19,326 nt of DNA, taken from a bacterium (GTDB lineage: Bacteria; Fidelibacterota; Marinisomatia; Marinisomatales; UBA1611). Each line of letters starts with the position of its first letter. Position 1 is the first letter of the stretch. Below, one piece after another: positions 1-7,006 of this stretch. A program made the position numbers and the translations under genes. The notes below the pieces were generated by a model. It worked only from the letters and a program-made list of their open reading frames with translations. It did no database searches and was not told the DNA's origin. The stretch is taken from assembly GCA_038127595.1 (NCBI GenBank), contig JAYPIC010000032.1:1-19326 (forward strand). The letters run 5' to 3'.

Positions 1-124
1 TTGCTCCCGCCAAGGGTAATTGGTTATCAATGTCGATAATTTTCCCCTTACTGACACCTGTCGAGTCAGAATAGCATATGGATGTAAAAAATAAAAATAG
101 ACTTAAAATAGATTTGATATTCAT
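1..124 (-). CDS. N-terminus (partial, runs off window) of a secreted protein with a carboxypeptidase-regulatory-like domain, probably a TonB-dependent receptor
   Basis: Manual translation from ATG at 124: MNIKSILSLFLFFTSICYSDSTGVSKGKIIDIDNQLPLAGA. A signal peptide is followed by the G-x-I-x-D-x4-P-L-x-G-A motif typical of the N-terminal domain of FCB-group TonB-dependent receptors. Not in the ORF track. Confidence 0.65.
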   Translation of the reverse strand, partial: MNIKSILSLFLFFTSICYSDSTGVSKGKIIDIDNQLPLAGA

Positions 125-179
125 AGATATTTGAGCAGCATATCCTTATATTGTGTTTATGAGATGTTTATTGTAATAT

Positions 180-200
180 AATGTTTACTATGATAACATT
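180..200. promoter_or_regulatory. Putative TetR operator, copy 1 (AATGTTTACTATGATAACATT)
   Basis: 21-bp imperfect palindrome AATGTT-N9-AACATT between divergent genes; 19/21 identical to copy 2. Confidence 0.75.
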
Positions 201-214
201 TTAAGTTAAGCACC

Positions 215-235
215 AATGTTTACTATGTCAACATT
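215..235. promoter_or_regulatory. Putative TetR operator, copy 2 (AATGTTTACTATGTCAACATT)
   Basis: Palindrome with 8/9 matching arms around TAT, ending 8 nt before the TetR start codon. Confidence 0.75.
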
Positions 236-243
236 AATTCATT

Positions 244-804
244 ATGAGCTATCATAAAAAAAATCTTAAAGACCATCTTATTGACATTGCATGGGACATT
301 TGTAAAATAGAATCTTGGCAAAAAGTTAATATGCGTAAGATTGCTCATAAAGCTAATGTTTCGAATACTGCATTTTATAGACATTTTAAAAACAAAAATG
401 ATCTTAAAGCAGAGTTGATTCGAAGAGGTTATAAAATGATTCTTGATGGTAGAAAGGATACTGATACATTTGCTGGTTGGGGCGCCTATTACATAAGGTT
501 TGGCTTAGATTATCCGCATATTTACGATTTAATGTTTGGTAATGTAGATTTAGACATGTCTATTTATCCAGATTTAAAAGAACAACATAATGCAGCTTTT
601 GATGAGGTGTTAGTAGCATTAAAAAATTTTATGCCTGGTGCAATTGAGAAAGACCTCAAGATAAAAGCAATTAATATATGGACCTCTGTTCATGGATTAA
701 TTGGATATTTGAGGCGTGGAGATTTGCAGGATAGTCTATCTGAGGAACTAAAATGGATTGAAAATAACTTAGAAGAGTATTTAAAAATGACAACATTCCG
801 CTGA
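244..804 (+). CDS. TetR/AcrR family transcriptional regulator (WHG-type C-terminal domain)
   Basis: N-terminal HTH 'VNMRKIAHKANVSNTAFYRHFKNKNDL'; C-terminal 'YIRFGLDYPHIYDLMF' and 'WTSVHG'. Confidence 0.92.
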   Translation: MSYHKKNLKDHLIDIAWDICKIESWQKVNMRKIAHKANVSNTAFYRHFKNKNDLKAELIRRGYKMILDGRKDTDTFAGWGAYYIRFGLDYPHIYDLMFGNVDLDMSIYPDLKEQHNAAFDEVLVALKNFMPGAIEKDLKIKAINIWTSVHGLIGYLRRGDLQDSLSEELKWIENNLEEYLKMTTFR

Positions 805-973
805 AGAGATTTTTTTTAGAGTAACAAATATTTTAGCCCTTGATACATTAAACAGAAGAATTAAGCTTGGTATTACATACTTAATTATTTAAAACAATAA
901 TATTAAATAACTATTTCCCGGAACAAACAGTATATTATATCATATATATTTAGAATAGACAGTAATAATTCTT

Positions 974-2152
974 ATGAAACTTTTAAATAAATTATTTTAC
1001 TTAATACCTTTGGTTTTATTTTTCTCTGGATGCACAAAAGATGAACCCAAGGGATTATCTGATGCAGAATTAATATTAGCTATTATTGATGCTGAAGATA
1101 AAACCGAGGTTGATATGGAGTCGTTACCTATGGTAGCTAGGTCAACGATGGAGGACAATTATTTGTCTGAGTACTATCACTTAAATACCTACAAAGCTTC
1201 TACACTTGGGTATGAAGTATTCATAGCTGGTAAACCTGGCCGTCTTGGAAAACGCAGCGAAGTGTATTTTGATATAACTGGTAATAAGCTTGATTATGCT
1301 GAATACGAGCGAGATGTAATGTCTAATAATGATGATTTTTATAATGGAGATGAATCAGGGGATAGAAGAGATTGGGATTGTTTTACAATTCAGTACCCAA
1401 TAACAGTAACTCTATCTGATGGATATACATATACCTTTGAAAGTGAAGAGGCAGTAAAAGAATATTACGATGCATATGAGATTAATGAAGAGATGTATAT
1501 AGCTTTTCCTATTAGCGTTATAGGCAATGATGGAGAGGCAATTGTCATTGAGAACGATGAAGCACTAAAAGAAGCCTACAGAGGTTGCTATAGCGGTGAA
1601 AGAGACATTGTAACTGAACAAAAATGTTTTTCATTGGTTTATCCTGTTTCTTATCAATTGCCAGATGGCTCATTAATTGAAGTGTTAGCAGATAACGAGG
1701 ACAGTTGGGCTGAAATGAACGCATGGTATGATGAAAATCCTGAATCTACCGAAAGACCAACTTTGCAATATCCAGTTGTAATAATGTATGAAGAAGATGA
1801 TGAAGGTAGTGAAGACGCTTTGATGGTAACTATAAACAATGAAGATGAAATGATCAGTGCCAGAGAAGATTGTCTTGAACTTGAATTTGATGATGTTGAT
1901 GAATGTTATGAGTATAGTTATCCTATAACATATATTCTCCCTGATGATTCAACCGTGGAGATAGCTAGTTCGGATGATGAAAACGCATGGGGTCTAATTA
2001 GAAGATTCTATGAAGAAAATCCAGAGGCTGAAGGAGAACCTATTTTACAGTTTCCAATAGAAATTATTTTTCAGGGTGATATGGTTTTTGTCTTTGAAAC
2101 AAATGCTGAATATGCATCTTTTGTTGAAGAAAATTGTAATAGGCAAGATTAA
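974..2152 (+). CDS. Acidic lipoprotein with a PepSY-like N-terminal domain and three Cys-bracketed tandem repeats
   Basis: Lipobox FSG-C20. 'LP...Y...GYEV...VYFDITGN' resembles PepSY-like/BLIP-like modules. Repeats begin C-[FY]-x3-Y-P-[IV]. Very D/E rich. Confidence 0.8.
   Translation: MKLLNKLFYLIPLVLFFSGCTKDEPKGLSDAELILAIIDAEDKTEVDMESLPMVARSTMEDNYLSEYYHLNTYKASTLGYEVFIAGKPGRLGKRSEVYFDITGNKLDYAEYERDVMSNNDDFYNGDESGDRRDWDCFTIQYPITVTLSDGYTYTFESEEAVKEYYDAYEINEEMYIAFPISVIGNDGEAIVIENDEALKEAYRGCYSGERDIVTEQKCFSLVYPVSYQLPDGSLIEVLADNEDSWAEMNAWYDENPESTERPTLQYPVVIMYEEDDEGSEDALMVTINNEDEMISAREDCLELEFDDVDECYEYSYPITYILPDDSTVEIASSDDENAWGLIRRFYEENPEAEGEPILQFPIEIIFQGDMVFVFETNAEYASFVEENCNRQD
1379..2137 (+). repeat. 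Three intragenic protein repeats (C136-C205, C218-C300, C311-C388)
   Basis: Starts CFTIQYPITVTLSDG / CFSLVYPVSYQLPDG / CYEYSYPITYILPDD. Each has a second [FY]-P-[IV] half-repeat and ends in Cys. Confidence 0.85.
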
Positions 2153-2187
2153 AATTATTTTACTAAGTTTTATTAAGAGGATATATT

Positions 2188-2322
2188 ATGAAAAATTGTT
2201 GTTCTACTAGTTGTAAATGCTGTGATGGCGGTTGCAAATGTGATTGCTGCGATAAAGGTCTTTCATGCATGAAAGGCTGTGTCAGTAATTGTTGTAAAAG
2301 CGATTGTTGCTGCGCTAGTTAA
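2188..2322 (+). CDS. Small Cys-rich peptide, metallothionein-like (44 aa)
   Basis: Manual translation: MKNCCSTSCKCCDGGCKCDCCDKGLSCMKGCVSNCCKSDCCCAS*. 16 Cys, no aromatic residues or His. SD-like AAGAGG at 2175-2180, 7 nt before the ATG. Fills the intergenic gap. Absent from the ORF track, whose shortest entries are 60 aa. Confidence 0.85.
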   Translation: MKNCCSTSCKCCDGGCKCDCCDKGLSCMKGCVSNCCKSDCCCAS

Positions 2323-2327
2323 AAAAA

Positions 2328-3101
2328 TTAGTATTTGAAGTGCTTGATTTTCTCGCCTTCATCTCCAATTTTTGTCATGGCTTCAATGCCCATATCTATA
2401 TGTAGGTCTACATATTTTTGGGTCACATCTTTATCTTTTTCCTCTGTTTTAATTCCTTCCGGTATCATTGGCGTATCACTTACAAGTAGCAATGCCCCTC
2501 TATTAATTTCATTTGAAAAACCAGTGATGAAAATAGTGGCAGTCTCCATATCAATGCCCATCACTCTGATTTTGCGAAGGTATTTTTTGAATTTATTATC
2601 ATGTTCCCATACTCTACGATTAGTAGAATAAATAACGCCGGTTCTGTATTCAATCTCTCTTTCAACTAAAATTCCAGAAACATATTTATGCAGCTTAAAT
2701 GAAGGCATCGCTGGAACCTCTTTTGGAAAATAATCATCACTTGTTCCTTCTCCGCGAATCGCTGCAATTGGCAGAATGAAATTTCCTATTTCTGTGGTCT
2801 TTTTTAACCCTCCACATTTGCCTAAAAACAAAATTCCTTTGGGTTCAATCGCTGATAGAAGATCCATAATAGTAGCAGCATTTGCGCTTCCAATACCAAA
2901 ATTAATGATTCCCAATCCATCTTTATTTATTGATGATGTCATTGGTCCACCAATGCCATTTATTTTTGAGCCAAATCTATCAGCAAATTTTTCAACATAA
3001 TTATGAAAATTTGTTAAGAGTATCCAATCTCCATACTTACTAGGATCTGTGCCTGTGTACCTTCTAAGCCAGTCAAATGCTATGTCTTTCTTTTTATTCA
3101 T
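2328..3101 (-). CDS. amn: AMP nucleosidase (short Bacteroidota/Chlamydia type, PNP/UDP fold)
   Basis: Motifs 'WLRRYTG', 'ILLTNF', 'IINFGIGSANAATIMDLL', 'LFLGKCGGL', 'AIRGEGTSDDY', 'NRRVWEHD', 'DMETAT', 'GALLLVSD'. Confidence 0.9.
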   Translation of the reverse strand: MNKKKDIAFDWLRRYTGTDPSKYGDWILLTNFHNYVEKFADRFGSKINGIGGPMTSSINKDGLGIINFGIGSANAATIMDLLSAIEPKGILFLGKCGGLKKTTEIGNFILPIAAIRGEGTSDDYFPKEVPAMPSFKLHKYVSGILVEREIEYRTGVIYSTNRRVWEHDNKFKKYLRKIRVMGIDMETATIFITGFSNEINRGALLLVSDTPMIPEGIKTEEKDKDVTQKYVDLHIDMGIEAMTKIGDEGEKIKHFKY

Positions 3102-3134
3102 GTGTAATTTTAATACTTAAACATTGGGGAAAAA

Positions 3135-3752
3135 ATGCAAAATAAAGCTACTGAACTTTTTAGTGATTGGGCTGACATTGGAAAAGATGAAGGTATGGCA
3201 GAAGCTCATAGCCCTGCTGTAAACCAAATTCTTGAGCAGGCATTATCTGGTAATAAATCTCATTTTAATTTTATAGATGCTGGTTGTGGTAATGGTTGGG
3301 TTGTAAGAAAAGTAAGAGAAATGCCACTTTGCCTGAGCTCTTGCGGTATCGATGGGGCAAAAGGCATGATAGAAAATGCTAGACGTATTGATCCTGGTGG
3401 TGATTACCACTTAGCTGATCTATTATCCTGGTCGCCAATTATAAAAGCAGAACTAATTTTTAGTATGGAAGTATTCTACTATTTTAAATCTCCAGAAGAA
3501 TTAACCAGACATATTGTTGATAACTGGCTAGCACACTCAGGAAGGCTAATCATTGGCATTGACCATTATACTGGTAACCCGGATAGTCATAGCTGGCCAG
3601 AGGATCTTAACGTTCACATGACTTTAAAGGATTCCGATGAGTGGGTGCAGCTTTTCAGGGACGCCGGTTTATCGAACTGCACTACCTCAAAGGCAAATGT
3701 ATCAAAAAAATTTCCAGGTACTTTGGTGGTATCTGGAGATTTGATTGTTTAG
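3135..3752 (+). CDS. Class I SAM-dependent methyltransferase
   Basis: Motif I 'FIDAGCGNGW', motif II 'GIDGAKGMI', 'LIFSMEVFYY', 'SGRLIIG'. Stop overlaps the htpG stop by 4 nt. Confidence 0.9.
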   Translation: MQNKATELFSDWADIGKDEGMAEAHSPAVNQILEQALSGNKSHFNFIDAGCGNGWVVRKVREMPLCLSSCGIDGAKGMIENARRIDPGGDYHLADLLSWSPIIKAELIFSMEVFYYFKSPEELTRHIVDNWLAHSGRLIIGIDHYTGNPDSHSWPEDLNVHMTLKDSDEWVQLFRDAGLSNCTTSKANVSKKFPGTLVVSGDLIV

Positions 3753-5614
3753 AGAGATTTCTCCATAAGCTTATTAAGTCTTTTTACAAATCCTGCAGGA
3801 TTATCCAACTTTACACCTTCTTGTAATAACGCCTGCTCATAGATCAATAAAACTCCATCATCAAAAGCTTTTCCTTTTCGCATAGCTGACAATTTTTTAA
3901 TTATCTTATGTCCAGGGTTAATTTCTAGTATCGGTTTTATTTCTGGCATGCCAACTTGTCCAGTAGCTCGCATAATTTCTTGCATTTGAGCAGTAGGATC
4001 ATTTTCATCTGCCACAATACAAGATGGAGAATCACTTAGTCTGCTTGAAGACTTAACATCTTTCACCTTATCACCAAGAACTGATTTCACTTTTTTGATA
4101 AGTGGCTTCAGTTCATCTTTTTTCTCCTTATCATCTTCACCACTTAGCTCATCAGCAGCGCCGCTTCTGTTCACGGATTTAAGGCTTTTTTCTTTGAATG
4201 TTGGAATAGAGGGCATAATGATTTCATCTATTTCGTCATCGAGAATTAGAACTTCGATATCTTTTTTCTTATACATCTCTAATAAAGGAGACTCTCTAAG
4301 TGCTGATTCGTTTGTACCCGTGATATAGTATATTGATTCTTGATCGCTTCCCATTCGATCCAAGTAATCTTGCAAGGATACATATCCATCCTCTTTAGTT
4401 GACTTGAATCTTAGTAGCTCAGTTAATGCTTCTTTATGTTCAAATTCTTGATAAACACCTTCCTTTAATAATCTGCCAAACTCATTGTAAAAACCTTCAT
4501 ATTTGTCTTTGTTCTTAGAGATAGTTTTGATCTTATCTAATACTTTTTTCACTGAATTAGATTTGATCTTAGCCATCACTCGATTTTGCTGAAGAATTTC
4601 GCGACTAACATTTAAAGGAAGATCGGAAGAATCAATAACACCTTTAACAAAACGAAGCCATGTTGGAAGTAGCTCTTTCTCATCATCTGTAATAAAAACT
4701 CTATTGACATAAAGTTTTACACCAGGTTGGTAATCAGCTCTATAGATATCTGCTGGAGCTTTACTTGGAATGAAAAACAGTACAGTAAATTCTAGCATAC
4801 CCTCAGCTGTGCTATGAACCCAATCTAACGGATTTTCTGAATCATAAGAGAGGGTTTTGTAGAATTCGTTGTAATCTTTCTTTTTAAGTTCATTCTTAGG
4901 CCTTTTCCAAAATGCGGTGGCATCGTTTATCTGCTCTGTTTTTGGAGTTTTACCTTTTTCTTTCCCCTCATCGTCATATTCTGTGTCTTCGTATGACAAA
5001 AATATTGGAAAGTCTATATGATCAGAATATTTTTTAACAGTGCTCTCAATTTTCCATCTACTTGCAAATTCCTTACCTTCATCGTTGAGGTGAAGGATAA
5101 TTGTAGTACCTGTCTCATCTGTTTTATCTGGAACAATTTCATAGCCAGATTTACCATCACTTGTCCATTTATGAGCTTGTTTTTGACCGGCTTTTTTTGA
5201 AATAACATCGACTTTGTCTGCTACCATAAAACACGAGTAAAAACCTACTCCAAATTGACCGATAAGATTAGAATCCTTTTTGGCATCTCCTGACATTTTG
5301 GATAAAAAGTTTTTCGTTCCAGATCTTGCAATAGTGCCTAAATTATCCTTGAAATCTTTTTTACTCATCCCAATACCGGAATCTTTTATTGTAAGAGTTG
5401 GATTATCACCGTCTTCAAAAGAAATATCAATTCTAGGATCAAAATCAAAAGATTTAAAATCATCCTGAGTAAGCGTCAAATATTTTAATTTGTCTAATGC
5501 ATCAGATGAGTTGGATATTAATTCCCGCAAAAAGATCTCTTTTTGTGAGTAAAGAGAATGAATGATTAAATGTAGTAGTTGACTAACTTCCGTCTGAAAT
5601 GTTTGTTTTGCCAA
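3749..5614 (-). CDS. htpG: Molecular chaperone HtpG (Hsp90)
   Basis: Motifs 'FQTEVSQLLHLIIHSLYS', 'FLRELISNSSDALDK', 'DSGIGM', 'IGQFGVGFYS', 'DLPLNVSREILQ', 'LEINPGH'. TTG start with GGAG upstream (5621-5624). Confidence 0.98.
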   Translation of the reverse strand: MAKQTFQTEVSQLLHLIIHSLYSQKEIFLRELISNSSDALDKLKYLTLTQDDFKSFDFDPRIDISFEDGDNPTLTIKDSGIGMSKKDFKDNLGTIARSGTKNFLSKMSGDAKKDSNLIGQFGVGFYSCFMVADKVDVISKKAGQKQAHKWTSDGKSGYEIVPDKTDETGTTIILHLNDEGKEFASRWKIESTVKKYSDHIDFPIFLSYEDTEYDDEGKEKGKTPKTEQINDATAFWKRPKNELKKKDYNEFYKTLSYDSENPLDWVHSTAEGMLEFTVLFFIPSKAPADIYRADYQPGVKLYVNRVFITDDEKELLPTWLRFVKGVIDSSDLPLNVSREILQQNRVMAKIKSNSVKKVLDKIKTISKNKDKYEGFYNEFGRLLKEGVYQEFEHKEALTELLRFKSTKEDGYVSLQDYLDRMGSDQESIYYITGTNESALRESPLLEMYKKKDIEVLILDDEIDEIIMPSIPTFKEKSLKSVNRSGAADELSGEDDKEKKDELKPLIKKVKSVLGDKVKDVKSSSRLSDSPSCIVADENDPTAQMQEIMRATGQVGMPEIKPILEINPGHKIIKKLSAMRKGKAFDDGVLLIYEQALLQEGVKLDNPAGFVKRLNKLMEKSL

Positions 5615-5661
5615 TTTGAACTCCGATTAGTTATATGTTTTGATAAAATTATATTAATGCA

Positions 5662-5702
5662 TCAAAAATTATACCTACTATAGTTTTTCTGCCACATTGG
5701 CA
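5662..5702 (-). promoter_or_regulatory. Candidate htpG promoter region with palindrome TGCCA-N3-TGGCA
   Basis: Palindrome TGCCACATTGGCA at 5690-5702. On the minus strand, GTGGCA-16 nt-TATAAT follows, overlapping AGGTATAATTTTTGA. Confidence 0.4.
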
Positions 5703-5788
5703 TCACATTATATCATAATTAGCAACACCGTACATTTGGAAATATGTTATTCTATGTACATAATAAAAAATTGATGTTAAATTAGAAA

Positions 5789-7000
5789 ATGAGTTCAAAT
5801 GCTAAACCATTTCTTGCTATCTTCATTTTGTTAGTTTTTGGGTTATTAAATGCTCAAATTTTGGAAAGACCAAAATGTGGATTTCCTCCCGAGCATGAAG
5901 ACAGTGCTAGAAATTGGGGGTATGGATATAGTGATTTGCTTGAAGATATTGAAGTATGGCAACAAAGTCCTTTTGTGTCTATTGATTCAATTGGTTCAAC
6001 TGTTCAAGGCAGAGCTGTTTGGGAATTAACAATATCTGAAAACCCTTCATCTGATTTTTACAAAAGGATATACATTCATGCCAGAACTCACCCAGGTGAG
6101 GAGGAATCATTTTGGGTAGCAGATGAAATAATAAACTATTTAATTGCTGATACTCCAGAGGCTGCATTCATACGATCAAACACTATTTTTCATATAGTGC
6201 CCATGCATAATCCAGATGGTGTTGAACTTGGATATGCTAGAGAAAATGCAAACGGCCTGGACATTGAAAGTGGATGGGATGATAGTATTTTACAGCCTGA
6301 GGTTGTCGCTCTGCAAAATAGATTTATTGAACTTTCCTTTGCCCCGAACCCAATAAAAGTTGCATTGAATATGCACTCGGCTTATGCATGTAAAAGATAC
6401 TTTGTTTACCATCATGAAAATGGTACCAGTGATTATTTCACAGATCTAGAGAAACAGTTTATCTCAGGGGTGCAATTTTATTATCCTGATGGTATTGAAG
6501 ATTGGAATTATTATGTAAGTTGGACAAATAGTACTCCTGATCAGTATCCTGAAAGCTGGTGGTGGTTTAACTATGCAGAGGATGTATTAGCATTAACATA
6601 TGAAGATATGAACTGTAGTTCTGCTGGCAACTTCGATAGGACAGCAGAAGCTTTAATAAGAGGGTCACTTGACTTTGTAGGCATAAACATTGCAAAAGTT
6701 GATAATGATTTAGTCGTCCCAGATAATTTTATTTTAAATCAGAACTACCCAAATCCATTTAATCCATCAACTTCAATTGATATTGAGCTTAAAAAACCAG
6801 CTCATGTTAGGTTATCTATATCGGATTTAAATGGAAAAGAAGTTAGGGTGATTACTGACCAGTTTTTTTCGCAAGGCATAAACTCATTTAATTGGGACTC
6901 GAAAGATTCAAGAGGTCAGAATGTACCAGCTGGAGTCTATTTTTATCAAGCAAAGGCGAATAGTATTGTTCAATCAAAAAAAATGTTACTTTTGAAATAG
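5789..7000 (+). CDS. Secreted M14 zinc carboxypeptidase-family protein with a C-terminal T9SS type A/FlgD-Ig-like sorting domain
   Basis: Signal peptide LNA|Q; Zn ligands H101-P-G-E104 and H196; 'VPMHNPDG'; probable catalytic E272 (LTYE); tail 'QNYPNPFNPSTSI...WDSKD...AGVYFY...KKMLLLK'. Confidence 0.88.
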   Translation: MSSNAKPFLAIFILLVFGLLNAQILERPKCGFPPEHEDSARNWGYGYSDLLEDIEVWQQSPFVSIDSIGSTVQGRAVWELTISENPSSDFYKRIYIHARTHPGEEESFWVADEIINYLIADTPEAAFIRSNTIFHIVPMHNPDGVELGYARENANGLDIESGWDDSILQPEVVALQNRFIELSFAPNPIKVALNMHSAYACKRYFVYHHENGTSDYFTDLEKQFISGVQFYYPDGIEDWNYYVSWTNSTPDQYPESWWWFNYAEDVLALTYEDMNCSSAGNFDRTAEALIRGSLDFVGINIAKVDNDLVVPDNFILNQNYPNPFNPSTSIDIELKKPAHVRLSISDLNGKEVRVITDQFFSQGINSFNWDSKDSRGQNVPAGVYFYQAKANSIVQSKKMLLLK

Positions 7001-7006
7001 TAACTA

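Noticed and set aside
180..235. Direct repeats as a mini-CRISPR or transposon ends
   Set aside because: Only two 21-bp copies with a 14-bp gap, and no cas or transposase gene; a TetR operator pair explains them.
885..910. Inverted repeat TTATTTAA-N10-TTAAATAA upstream of the lipoprotein as a metal-regulator box
   Set aside because: Pure A/T arms in a very AT-rich spacer, with no convincing match to Fur/Zur or ArsR/SmtB consensus; plausible by chance.
2188..2322. Cys-rich peptide as a RiPP precursor (ranthipeptide/thiopeptide) or secreted disulfide-rich toxin
   Set aside because: No leader or signal peptide, since Cys starts at residue 4, and no radical SAM, YcaO or LanM genes in the window. 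Not excluded if maturases lie elsewhere.
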